Assembly (NCBI GenBank): GCA_001002135.1
Contig: LCLP01000002.1
Location: 2,520-66,519, forward strand
Reading direction: 5' to 3'
Length of the DNA: 64,000 nt
Origin: Candidatus Pacebacteria bacterium GW2011_GWA1_46_10
GTDB lineage: Bacteria > Patescibacteriota > Microgenomatia > UBA1400 > PJMF01
This document shows positions 1 through 9,990 of this stretch, one piece after another. How positions within the stretch are numbered: position 1 is the first letter of the stretch; each line of letters starts with the position of its first letter. A program made the position numbers and the translations under genes. The notes under the pieces are model-generated. The model saw only the letters and a list, made by a program, of their open reading frames with translations. It had not been told where the DNA came from and did not search any database.

Positions 1-46
1 TCCATCGGGACAACTGGGGTTAGATGATAAACTAATAAGCCATAAT

Positions 47-118
47 GGCCCCATCGTCTAGCGGTTAGGACTCCGGGTTTTCATCCCGGCAACTGGGGTT
101 CGATTCCCCATGGGGTCA
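47..118 (+). tRNA. tRNA-Glu (TTC)
   Basis: Acceptor GGCCCCA/TGGGGTC; anticodon arm CCGGG-TT TTC AT-CCCGG; T-loop GGTTCGATTCC; CCA not encoded. Confidence 0.95.
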
Positions 119-124
119 CAACAA

Positions 125-580
125 TTATTCTTCAACATCTAAGGCGGAACTCTCCACCACACTTTCTTTAATAAAAGTTTCACCTGCCATAGCTGTCATC
201 AGTGCCAAGGTAAGGGCATTTCGCCTCCGTTCATAGTCATAGCCACCATAGGACAGAGCAATCGTATCGATAAAAGTGCCTAAGACAAAGTCAGAGAGTT
301 GGCGGGCTATTGCTGACTCATTTTCCGTTGCGAAACTACTGTTCCAAGTTTGTATAAGTTGTTTTAACGAAATTTGATCTCTAGACCCTCTAGATCCTTT
401 GTTTAAGATAGCTATGGAGACATCTTCAGGAATTGGTTGAACATTAAATACACACAATAAAGCGCGTATATGAGCAACAATTGGAGCTTCGTTCAAAGAA
501 CCTTCTGGTTCAAGAGCTGAAGTTACTGGCTCATCAAGTGGTCTTTCCTTTAGAGAAATGTATTTTTGCTCTTTTGACAT
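125..580 (-). CDS. hypothetical protein (AT-rich patch)
   Basis: 151-aa ORF with AAGGAG SD upstream; no family recognised. Confidence 0.6.
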   Translation of the reverse strand: MSKEQKYISLKERPLDEPVTSALEPEGSLNEAPIVAHIRALLCVFNVQPIPEDVSIAILNKGSRGSRDQISLKQLIQTWNSSFATENESAIARQLSDFVLGTFIDTIALSYGGYDYERRRNALTLALMTAMAGETFIKESVVESSALDVEE

Positions 581-723
581 TCCGTTGTCTCCTTAATTTT
601 TATTGATACAAAATGATATAAAATAATACAAAAGTTACCTTTATGTTCTACCCTATAATTATTAAATTGTCAATTAGTTCAGCTTCTCTTGTTAAGTAAC
701 AAACACAGGGTTTTGCGCATTAA

Positions 724-1923
724 CTACCAAACAAAAATCCCATCATCAATTATTACCAGTTCTTTTTGAGGTGTAGAGTCATCGAGCGATTTTGCCGTTA
801 CTTGCACTGGCTCTGTTGATACGAAATCAACATGAAGCGGCGTTGCTCTACCACTAAACCCACGTGCTGCTAGTTCCTCATCATTTGTTGAATCTCCAGT
901 GTAAGTATCTGGGTAACACCTACCCAAAGCCAAATGAAAACCACCCATATTTTCGTCATACAACGTATTAGCTGTAAAATCACTAATATTAGATAAAGTT
1001 TTATCGGTAAAAGCCAACTCGCCAACAATATTACAGCCATTAGTACCAATCAATCCATTTAGCTCTTCTAGACCCTCTTCTGCAGTGGCCTCAGTTACCA
1101 CTCCATTAACAAAAACTAATTTAACTCCTTTGAGAACCTTGCCATTTAAAATTCTCGGAGTATTAAAATAAACATAGCCATTCACTGATCGGTAATCTGG
1201 TGAAGTCCAAACTTCAAAAGAGGGCATGTTGATTGTACTGCCACCATTCCATCTTCTGTTTTCTCCTACTTGGACAGTCAAATCTGTACTTTTATTTTTG
1301 ATCTGAAACTCAACGTTTCCTAGTTTATCTAATTTTTCTCTATTAAACTTAATACGCTCTTGTATTTCTTTCCATTTCTCAACAGGGTTAAGTTCATTAA
1401 GATAGCATGCTGCAATCACAACCTCCCATAATTTTTCTAAACTAATCCCAGCCAAATCAGCTTCTTCTTGAGTTGGAAAACGACAAAGTGTCCATGCAAA
1501 ATTTCCTTCAGCCTCTCTATTTGCCCGTATTTCTCTTATTGGGGTTTTTCCCTCGCTATAAATCCTTATTTGTTCTTGTGTTATACCTTCAAATTCATCT
1601 TGTGGGTAAACTGGCGCCACTTGAATAAGGTGATTTATTTCTTCTTCTCGAGCTAATGATGAGTTTGACAACCACTGCACTTGCTCTTCATTTCCCCCTT
1701 CAAGTAAAACGTGAATCATTCCCGGAGTAAAAGGGGAGTCTATTATCAATGCCCCTACTTTGGTTGCTGCTCTTGAAAGTTCAATAGCCAATGGTAAAGC
1801 AATGCCAGAACCATAGCTAATACTCACTACCTCACCAGCTTTAACTCCTTCTCCGCCTCCCGCAGCAAAATTAACCATTAAGTCTGCGTATTTGCCAAGA
1901 ATTTCTTGGTTCAGCTGATGCAT
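724..1923 (-). CDS. aminopeptidase, M29 (AmpS/AmpT) family
   Basis: Motifs NMPSFEVWTSP, GELAF, LYDENMGG-FHLALG, HVDFV; start set at ATG 1923 (ORF track opens at 1971). Confidence 0.85.
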   Translation of the reverse strand: MHQLNQEILGKYADLMVNFAAGGGEGVKAGEVVSISYGSGIALPLAIELSRAATKVGALIIDSPFTPGMIHVLLEGGNEEQVQWLSNSSLAREEEINHLIQVAPVYPQDEFEGITQEQIRIYSEGKTPIREIRANREAEGNFAWTLCRFPTQEEADLAGISLEKLWEVVIAACYLNELNPVEKWKEIQERIKFNREKLDKLGNVEFQIKNKSTDLTVQVGENRRWNGGSTINMPSFEVWTSPDYRSVNGYVYFNTPRILNGKVLKGVKLVFVNGVVTEATAEEGLEELNGLIGTNGCNIVGELAFTDKTLSNISDFTANTLYDENMGGFHLALGRCYPDTYTGDSTNDEELAARGFSGRATPLHVDFVSTEPVQVTAKSLDDSTPQKELVIIDDGIFVW

Positions 1924-1970
1924 ATTTAGTTTTTTCTTCCTTAATAAATGTTGCGGAAGGGCTAAGGGCA

Positions 1971-2309
1971 CTAGATCTGCATATAGTGAAGATTTACAAA
2001 AGTTTTAGTATCGGTTGCTATTACTGAAGCCCAAGCATACCAATTCACTTCGCCGCTTTTGGGTTCAGTTCTAATAGGAAGAGTCATTCCCAACTCTTTT
2101 TCCATTGACTCCAAAACCCGATTAAATCCTTCATCTGTTCTAAGAGCAGCAATTGAAAGCAGTTCATATTCACTCAGTTCGGGAGCTTCTTCTTCAAGAT
2201 GTTTCTCACTCAACGCGACAATAAGTCCATTTTCCAACCTCACACCAGCTTTGACAGTCCCGCTCGGAAGAACAACTTTTTCCAAATGAACTTCTGAAGA
2301 TTGCAGCAT
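1971..2309 (-). CDS. hypothetical protein
   Basis: 112-aa ORF co-oriented with neighbours, ATG start. Confidence 0.55.
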   Translation of the reverse strand: MLQSSEVHLEKVVLPSGTVKAGVRLENGLIVALSEKHLEEEAPELSEYELLSIAALRTDEGFNRVLESMEKELGMTLPIRTEPKSGEVNWYAWASVIATDTKTFVNLHYMQI

Positions 2310-2318
2310 ACCAACTTT

Positions 2319-2552
2319 CTAGGCAGCGGTTTGATTTCTACGATTATTTTCTTCGTATGCTTCTGCCTCATCCAAATCTTTTTGCTTGAGTGCAATCTCT
2401 TCCCACCACTTCAATCTCAAGTCGTTTTTTGATTCAGATGAAAAATTAGGAGACGTCAGCGACATTATAGGGATTTGGTTGATTCTTTCCCTAATTTTCT
2501 CCTCACTTCTGCCGCTCGGCTTATAACCTTCTGGAGTATTAAGTCTTGCCAT
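2319..2552 (-). CDS. small hypothetical helical protein
   Basis: 77-aa charged ORF, SD-like GAAGGG upstream. Confidence 0.5.
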   Translation of the reverse strand: MARLNTPEGYKPSGRSEEKIRERINQIPIMSLTSPNFSSESKNDLRLKWWEEIALKQKDLDEAEAYEENNRRNQTAA

Positions 2553-2645
2553 TTTGCCCTTCAGTTTAACATATTTAATACATAAATATATATACTAGTG
2601 AATCAAATTTTTCAATATTAGTTACATAAGCTAAGTAAAAAGAGC

Positions 2646-3062
2646 TCATAGAGAAAACCCGCTTTTAATTAAATTCTCCACTGATAAAAACAGTGGCTTG
2701 GGTAAATTGTCCCACTCAAACCACTTCCACTCAACACACTTTTCCGGCTCCATGGCCCTGGGTTTACCTTTAGCAGTGCACAGCACAAAGAGGGTAATGT
2801 AGTGTTTGTTTTCTTTGACAAAAAAATCGTTGGTGTAGGGTCCAAGTTCAACGTTTTCGATCTCGAGACCGGTTTCTTCCAACACCTCCCGTCTAGCACA
2901 GTCTTCAACAGTTTCCATAAACTCCAGGTGACCGCCAGGCAGGTGCCAAGTACCAGTGCCATGCGAGGTCAGGCGCTTGCCAAGTAGAATTTTCCGGTCG
3001 CGGATAATCATTACCGCCACCCCGACTTGTGGTTGAGTAGAGTATTGTGTCGTCATGGTCAT
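2646..3062 (-). CDS. NUDIX hydrolase (MutT/NUDT15-like)
   Basis: Nudix box GGHLEFMETVEDCARREVLEETGL; HYITLF and EPEKC..W.WF.W..LP.PLF. Confidence 0.92.
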   Translation of the reverse strand: MTMTTQYSTQPQVGVAVMIIRDRKILLGKRLTSHGTGTWHLPGGHLEFMETVEDCARREVLEETGLEIENVELGPYTNDFFVKENKHYITLFVLCTAKGKPRAMEPEKCVEWKWFEWDNLPKPLFLSVENLIKSGFSL

Positions 3063-4313
3063 GAAATTTTAGCACGCAGGGCTTGGGTGACCATCCGCCG
3101 GAGTGGCAGTAAAACCCCGAACTGAGTAACCGCCATCACCAGCGGCACCCATTTCAAAGCTCCTTCCAGCGAAATCGACACCATCACCAATAAAAATACA
3201 ATTGAGAGACTGCGACCAAGATTAAACATCAGTTCATTATCCAGCACTACCGCATAATCCGCTTCTCCGTCCAGCACACCGTCCTCGCCGTCCATAATTT
3301 CCATAATCACCGTGTAACTGGCGCTCCAGCGAATCGGACTGACAATCATCACTGTAATCAGATAAACAGCCGCACCAAGCCACGAAAACTGCCAAATGAG
3401 AAAAAGACAACTCAGTAGGTACAACACGTTGGCCAATAATACCGTTCTTGGCGCGTATTTGATGTGTGTTTTGCGACCCAAAATATACATCACTCCAGCA
3501 GCTAGTAGCGCCGCCACCGATTGTAGAGTCCCTAAAATGCCTTCCTTGCTACCAAAGTAGAGAATCAGTGAGGCCGGCAAAAAGAAATTAATACCCCACA
3601 TTAGGTTAAAGAGCACGTTAAACAACCTGACTTGCCGCCAATGCTTGGATGGTTTACTCATAAATAACTTTTTTGGTATAACGCGCGGCATTGGGAAAAC
3701 CGCCACCAAACTGCCGCTTACGGTCAGCGACAAAAGCGCCAAGCCCAATAACACTTTGTAGGCTGACTCAGCGCTATACAGGTCAAGCTTCTCACCCGAA
3801 ACGATCAGCCACCCAATCACGATTGGCGCAATCACCTGCAGCAACAAGTTAACCACGTAATACAAATGATTATAAAAGCTACGGTTCCTGCCATGACTCA
3901 GTCGAAAATCCAGCGAATTGCGGTTACCCCAGAAAAAACCAGAGGCAGTCCCATACAGCGAACCATAGATAATCACGGATAACGGCGTCAACACCCCACT
4001 AAAAATCGCCAATGCCGAACCAATACCCTGCAATACCGTGCCAAAGAAATACAGATATTTGACATGAATTTTTCGCAACAGCAAACCGTTGGCAATAAAG
4101 CCAATCGGCAGACCAAGCACCCACCCCAAGTTATATAACCCGATTAATGTTACGTCACCACTCTGGCGCCAAAGAAAAGTATTCATAAAAATACTGAGGA
4201 TTGGATCAGCCACCAAAAAAAAAGGCGTACGACAACAACATCCGGCGTAAACCCTCACCAAGCGCTTGAAAGTGATCAAGCTCAATCGCCATGCGGTGAC
4301 TCAAAAAGTTCAT
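3059..4313 (-). CDS. MFS transporter with a +1 frameshift in an A9 tract near the 5' end
   Basis: About 12 hydrophobic segments. ATG 4313 frame (MNFLSHRMAIELDHF...LLSYAFF) joins the 408-aa frame if A9 at 4215-4223 is A8. Confidence 0.75.
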
Positions 4314-4394
4314 CAGACAGAATTATACGAGCAAAAACCCAGAAAATCCTCGTAATTCTGGTCTTGCCCCGTTATAATCCACCTATCATCATTG

Positions 4395-4471
4395 GGCACG
4401 GTACCAGAGTGGTCTAATGGCGAGGTCTGCAAAACCTCCGTTCGTGGGTTCGAATCCCATCCGTGCCTCCA
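4395..4471 (+). tRNA. tRNA-Cys (GCA)
   Basis: Acceptor GGCACGG/CCGTGCC, U73, encoded CCA 4469-4471; anticodon arm GAGGT-CT GCA AA-ACCTC. Confidence 0.95.
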
Positions 4472-5625
4472 TGAAGCAGAGTTACTTTATTAAAACCTTC
4501 GGTTGCCAATCAAATAAAAGTGATTCCGAGCGAATTGCCGGCGACTATGAAGCACGCGGGTATGTGGAAGCGGACAGCTGGAAAAATTGTGATGAACTAG
4601 TTATCAACACCTGCGCTATTCGTCAGCGAGCTGAGCACCGAGCTCGTGCCTTTATCCATAATGTTGTCCAACACTACCAGCTGGCCAAACAACCACGACC
4701 CAAAATTATCTTCACCGGCTGTATGCTCCATCACGGCAAAAACAAGATTATGGAGATGATTCCAGTCATCGATGAAATCTTGCCGGTCAATGAAGTGGGT
4801 TTTAACCAAGCCGCCATACGCCGAGATAAAAAACACGCTTGGGTGCCGATCTCGGCCGGCTGTAATTCATTTTGCACTTACTGTATCGTGCCCTACTCAC
4901 GAGGGAGAGAACAGTCCCGCAGTCTGGATGAAATCATGGCCGAGGTGAAAGATTTAGTCGATCAAGGCTACACCGAGATCACTCTTTTAGGCCAAAACGT
5001 TAATTCTTGGGGCTTGGAAAAAGTTGGCATTGGCCTGCGCAAACTCTTTATGAGCGGTAAACCAATCACCCGCGAGATGCTACCCTCCAACACTTCACAG
5101 TACTTCAAACCTAAAGGGACACCGCCTTTCGTCAAACTCCTGCGTAAAATCAGTCAGTTTGACCAACTCAAAACCATCCGCTTCATCAGCGCCAATCCGT
5201 GGGACTTCCACGATGAGCTGATCGACGAGATCATCAACAACCAAAAAATCGATCGCTACGTGCATTTGCCGATTCAATCGGGTAGCAACAGTGTCTTACA
5301 CCGGATGAACCGCGGCTACAAAAAAGTTGACTATTTACGCATCGCCAAGAAACTGAAGGCAGGCGATCCATCTATTGTGCTGGGGACCGATATTATTGTT
5401 GGCTTTCCTGGCGAAACTGAGGATGAGTTTCAAGAAACCGTGGATGTTGTGGAAAGCACCCAGTGGAAAGTCGGTTTTGTGGCCATGTACTCACCACGCC
5501 CCGGCACCGCCGCTGATCGGCTGTATGAGGATGATATCCCACACGTCATCAAAAAACGCCGCTGGGAGATTTTGGACGAAATCATTAATAAAAATAATCT
5601 GCACCGTCGACCAAAAGTCGTTTGA
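4471..5625 (+). CDS. miaB: tRNA methylthiotransferase MiaB (no C-terminal TRAM domain)
   Basis: TFGCQ, INTCAIR, GCM, radical-SAM GCNSFCTYC, HLPIQSGS, DIIVGFPGET, YSPRPGT; next to miaA. Confidence 0.88.
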   Translation: MKQSYFIKTFGCQSNKSDSERIAGDYEARGYVEADSWKNCDELVINTCAIRQRAEHRARAFIHNVVQHYQLAKQPRPKIIFTGCMLHHGKNKIMEMIPVIDEILPVNEVGFNQAAIRRDKKHAWVPISAGCNSFCTYCIVPYSRGREQSRSLDEIMAEVKDLVDQGYTEITLLGQNVNSWGLEKVGIGLRKLFMSGKPITREMLPSNTSQYFKPKGTPPFVKLLRKISQFDQLKTIRFISANPWDFHDELIDEIINNQKIDRYVHLPIQSGSNSVLHRMNRGYKKVDYLRIAKKLKAGDPSIVLGTDIIVGFPGETEDEFQETVDVVESTQWKVGFVAMYSPRPGTAADRLYEDDIPHVIKKRRWEILDEIINKNNLHRRPKVV

Positions 5626-5628
5626 GTA

Positions 5629-6585
5629 ATGAAAAAACCTTTAGTCTTTTCCGTCGTCGGCCTGACCGCCACCGGCAAAACTGCTTTCGCCCTCCAACTG
5701 GCCGAGCATTTGCTTGACCAAGGCAAACAAAAAGTAATTCTCCTTGCCGCCGATTCCAAACAAGTTTTCCAAGGCTTGGAAATTCTCTCCGGCGCTGATA
5801 TCCCCAGTGATTTTCAACCCGCCAAGCAAGCTGAGTATCTTTACCCCTATTTCGTCAACACTAACCAACCAATCGAACTGCATGGAGTGGCTTGCGTTTT
5901 CGGCGATGCCGATTGGTCGGTCGCTCACTTTCAACGACTGTTTGAAAACCTGTATGGTCACGCGGACGGGCAAACGGCAATTGTTGTCGTTGGCGGCACT
6001 GGACTCTATCACCAGCAGATTTTCTCCCCAGCCGAAACCACTGCTATCAAACCAGACCTTCAGTTGCGCCGAAAACTTGACTCGCTCCCACTCAAAGAAC
6101 TCCAACAACACCTACAAACTACTTGGCCGGCACGCTGGAAACAAATGAATAATTCCGATCGAAACAACCAGCGCCGTCTCATTCGAGCGATTGAAGTCTC
6201 TCTAGCAGAAAAACCAATACCACCAACCGTCGGTGTTAGACCAGTTGCTCAATTTGGTTTGCAGCTGTCAATGAAACTGGTTGAGACCAAGATCGCTAAG
6301 CGAGTTGACCAACGGCTCAAACAAGGCGTAATTCAAGAAGTTAGGCAGTTTGAAAAAAAATATCGCACCAATGCTATCCAAGCCAAGGCTACTCTTGGCT
6401 ACCAACTGATCCTGAAGTACCTCAGTAAACATCTCACCCTCGATCAACTCAAAGCAGCCTGGACTCTCGAGGAAATTCAGTACGCCAAGCGCCAGCAAAC
6501 CTGGTGGCAAAAGCGCGCCGGTATCGAGTGGCTCTCAGCCGACAAGATTGATTTTTCCACCTTAAAAAGCTATAATTTCTCCTGA
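5629..6585 (+). CDS. miaA: tRNA dimethylallyltransferase MiaA
   Basis: GLTATGKT P-loop, ADSKQ, VVGGTGLY, RRLIRAIEV, QYAKRQ.TW. Confidence 0.92.
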   Translation: MKKPLVFSVVGLTATGKTAFALQLAEHLLDQGKQKVILLAADSKQVFQGLEILSGADIPSDFQPAKQAEYLYPYFVNTNQPIELHGVACVFGDADWSVAHFQRLFENLYGHADGQTAIVVVGGTGLYHQQIFSPAETTAIKPDLQLRRKLDSLPLKELQQHLQTTWPARWKQMNNSDRNNQRRLIRAIEVSLAEKPIPPTVGVRPVAQFGLQLSMKLVETKIAKRVDQRLKQGVIQEVRQFEKKYRTNAIQAKATLGYQLILKYLSKHLTLDQLKAAWTLEEIQYAKRQQTWWQKRAGIEWLSADKIDFSTLKSYNFS

Positions 6586-6935
6586 AACGCACAACCGGGC
6601 AATGGCTTTACACTTTAATTTCTGACTCTATCGGAAAAAGAAGTTATAAAGAGGAAAGTCCGGACAGCAGAGTAGACGGTGCCCCGTGAAAGCGGGGGAT
6701 CCCCGATAAAATCGGGGAGCCAGTTAGAGTAACAGTGACGATGCGGGTGGCGCCGCGTGAAACGACCAAGCGACTGGGTGCCTAGGGTGGCGACAATCCT
6801 CCCGGCTGCAACGAGCGACCTTGACCTGAATGGACCTACTCCCTATATCTTGCTTAGACAGCAAGAGACGGTCATCAAGCCTCGGCTAAGATAAATCTTG
6901 CTTAAACAGAATCCGGCTTACGAGTTGTGCGTTTC
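6584..6935 (+). ncRNA. rnpB: RNase P RNA
   Basis: Conserved GAGGAAAGTCCGGAC and AAACAGAATCCGGCTTA; P1 helix GAAACGCACAAC/GTTGTGCGTTTC; TATAAT at 6571-6576. Confidence 0.95.
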
Positions 6936-6974
6936 TTCGTTATACTGTGGAGAGTACAGAGTGTAAAAGGAAGC

Positions 6975-7688
6975 ATGAATCCACAATTGCAAGCCTCACT
7001 TGTTTCTTCTTGGAATTATCTTTTGAACACCATCCTCAACAGCCTCGCCCTGCTGCTCCCGAAAGTAGTCGGGGCATTGACCGCATTAGTTGTCGGTGTG
7101 ATCTTCGCCAAGCTCATCCGCAGCGCGATCTATAAAATCCTCCATGCCTTAAGCTTGTCTCGTTTTGTCAACAAAACCCCGCTGCAAGTCGCGCTCCAAC
7201 AAGATAACCTTGGTCGACGGATCGAGGAAAACATTGCCAATTTTGTTTATTGGTTAAGTGTTTTAGTGGTGATTTACATTATGGTGGCCATCCTGGGCCT
7301 TAGCTCTGCTACCGTGGTACTGGAAAAAATCCTCGGGTACATTCCCAACGTCATTTCCGCCATGTTTATCTTGCTGTTTGGGATCTTGGTGGCCGGCTGG
7401 GTTGAAAATCTGGTTAAAGGAGCAGTTAGAGCGATTGACCAAAGAGCCAGCCGCATGTTGGGTAAAATCTCCGGCTACTTTGTAGTGATCTTAACTTCTA
7501 TGACGGCTTTATCAGAACTGGGCATTGCCGAAGATTTTCTCACTATCATGTTTATCGGCTTGGTCACCACCCTCACCTTAGGCTTTGGTTTGGCGCTGGG
7601 TTTGGGCGGCAAAAGTTTAGTCGAACACATCCTAGCTGATTGGTACAAAAACTTTTCGGGTAAGCCTCAAACCCCGAAGCGAAAATAA
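6975..7688 (+). CDS. conserved TM-helix repeat protein (MscS-associated/CmpX-like)
   Basis: Repeated P.V..A...L..G...A motif; LGFGLALGLGGK C-terminus. Confidence 0.8.
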   Translation: MNPQLQASLVSSWNYLLNTILNSLALLLPKVVGALTALVVGVIFAKLIRSAIYKILHALSLSRFVNKTPLQVALQQDNLGRRIEENIANFVYWLSVLVVIYIMVAILGLSSATVVLEKILGYIPNVISAMFILLFGILVAGWVENLVKGAVRAIDQRASRMLGKISGYFVVILTSMTALSELGIAEDFLTIMFIGLVTTLTLGFGLALGLGGKSLVEHILADWYKNFSGKPQTPKRK

Positions 7689-7694
7689 TCCTCT

Positions 7695-8459
7695 ATGACT
7701 GCCTGGCAAGCGCTGATTTTGGGACTCGTGCAGGGTGTAACTGAGTTCCTGCCGGTCTCCAGCTCCGGACATCTCGCTTTGTTTCAGTATTGGTTCAACT
7801 TCCAAGAATCACTGCTTTTTTTTGATGTTTTTCTCCATGCCGCCAGTCTGATTGCCATTGGCTGGTTTTTTTGGCCGCACATCAAGCAACTCAAATTAAA
7901 AGACTATTGGCTACTGATAGTCGGCACCTTGCCGGCAGTGGGGGTTGGTTTGCTGTTTCAGGACACGATCGAGGCTTTTTTTAGCCTGCCGCTCCTGGTT
8001 GGCTTGGCTCTGATCATCACCGGTCTCATTAATGCTCAAAGCCAACGCTTGCTCAAAAGCTTACCAAAAGAACCCATCCCCCTGAACGAAAAAAAAGCGT
8101 TCGTGATTGGTTTTTTTCAATCACTGGCACTTACCCCAGGCATTTCCCGCTCGGGCACCACCCTCTTTGGCAGTTTTTCGCAAAAACTCAATAAGGAACA
8201 AGCCTTCACATTCACCTTTTTACTGGGCATTCCCGCTATTCTGGGAGCCAATCTTTTCCAAGTCATCCAGGTAATCACTGAAAACCAAACTCTGCCTCAC
8301 TGGTCGTTGCTACTGTCAGGCGGCGGGGGAGCGCTCATCGCCAGCCTGCTGAGCCTGGCCCTGCTTAAAAAATTGATTACCCAGTCCAAGCTTTACTTAT
8401 TCAGTTGGTATTGTTTACTGATCGGCGGCGGCGTCGTGCTGTCTCAATTAATTCGATAA
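7695..8459 (+). CDS. uppP: undecaprenyl-diphosphatase
   Basis: QGVTEFLPVSSSGHL and PGISRSG motifs. Confidence 0.95.
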   Translation: MTAWQALILGLVQGVTEFLPVSSSGHLALFQYWFNFQESLLFFDVFLHAASLIAIGWFFWPHIKQLKLKDYWLLIVGTLPAVGVGLLFQDTIEAFFSLPLLVGLALIITGLINAQSQRLLKSLPKEPIPLNEKKAFVIGFFQSLALTPGISRSGTTLFGSFSQKLNKEQAFTFTFLLGIPAILGANLFQVIQVITENQTLPHWSLLLSGGGGALIASLLSLALLKKLITQSKLYLFSWYCLLIGGGVVLSQLIR

Positions 8460-9927
8460 GCCAGTGCTTCTACCACATGGGTGGTTTCCACATGTTCACT
8501 GTGTTCCAAGTCAGCAATGGTGCGCGCCACCCGCAAAACCTTTAAATAGCCGCGGCTGGAGAGGAGAAACCGACGCGCCGCCCGTGACAAAAATGCCAGA
8601 CTGCCGGCTGAATCCCGCCAAACTGCCGCAGTTGTTTGTATGACAAGACGGCATTGGTTTTTCCTTGACGTTTAAGTTGCCGCTGTTGGACCAGCGCCAC
8701 CGTTTGCCTAGCCCGCTCAGTTTGATGAAAAACTGTTTCTTGCTGCGCAAACCGCTCTGGATCGATGGACTGCATTTTCAGTTGAATGTCAATCCGGTCC
8801 AAAATCGGACCAGAAATACGCCGCTGATAGCGGCTGATCTCCCGCTCAGAACATTGACACTGCCGAGTGCTATGAAACTGATACCCACAAGGACAAGGAT
8901 TGGCCGCCGCCACTAGCATAAAGCGGGCAGGGTATTCCACGCTGCCATTCACGCGCGTAATCACCACCCTGCCATCTTCCATCGGCTGACGCAAGGCCTC
9001 CAGCGACGATTGAGAGTACTCTGGAAACTCATCCAAAAACAGGACTCCCAGGTGAGCCAGTGAGATTTCACCCGGTTGGAGGGTGTGACCACCACCGATC
9101 AGACCAGCGGTGGAAGTGGTGTGATGCGGCTCGCGAAATGGCCGCTCAACAATCAATCCTTGCTGAGCCAAACCCCGCAAGGAGTAGAGTTTGGTGACCT
9201 CGATGGCTTCCGCTTCCGACAGTGGCGGCAAGATACTGCGCATGGCTCGAGCCAGCATGCTCTTGCCAGCACCAGGCGAGCCGATCAAGAGCATATTATG
9301 CCGCCCGGCCGCGGCAATCTGAATCGCTCGCTTGGCTTGCTCTTGACCAACCATCTGACCAAACACGTCATCAGTTGACCGGCTAAATTGAGGAGAATGT
9401 GTACTCAGTAATGGTTTAATTGGCCTGGTAGCAAATCCCAACAACTGCCTCAGATGCTCGATCGGATACAGGGTTAACCCTCGAACTACTGCTACTTCTT
9501 GGCTATTCTCTCGAGGGAAAAAAATTCGCTTCACTCCCATTTCCTTGGCAGCCAGCACCATCGGAAACAGGCCTCTAACTGGCTTGAGGCTGCCATCCAG
9601 TGACAATTCCCCAAAAAACATCGCCCGATCAGTGTCCCAAGTTAGCTCCCCATACATTTTAAGCAAGCCCACAGCGATGGCTAGCTCGAGAGCACTGCTG
9701 GTTTTCTTGACTTCGGCCGGAGCCAGATTAACGATGGTGCGAATACTCCTGACGCGAATGCCGCAGTTTGTCAGAGCGGAAGAAATCCGTTCCTTGGCTT
9801 CATCAATGGCTTTATTGGGCAAACCAATCACAATCAAGGCTGGTTGACCTCGAGTACCATCGACTTCTACCTCAACTTTCGTGGCTTTCAACCCGGTCAT
9901 GACCATAGAAGTGCAACTGGCAAACAT
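8444..9927 (-). CDS. comM: ComM/YifB Mg-chelatase-family AAA+ ATPase with a frameshift near the 3' end
   Basis: [38 protein letters not shown]. Canonical tail [19 protein letters not shown]...EALAYR lies in another frame past A5 at 8589-8593. Confidence 0.9.
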
Positions 9928-9990
9928 ACACTTTTAAGTATCAGTAGTTAGTCTGACATCAGGCGTAACACTGATATAATAGAAAAATTG

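Noticed and set aside
4417-4470. N-terminal extension of MiaB in the ORF track
   Set aside because: It is translated tRNA-Cys sequence. The extensions on uvrB (33569) and the ORF at 14831 are likewise tRNA sequence
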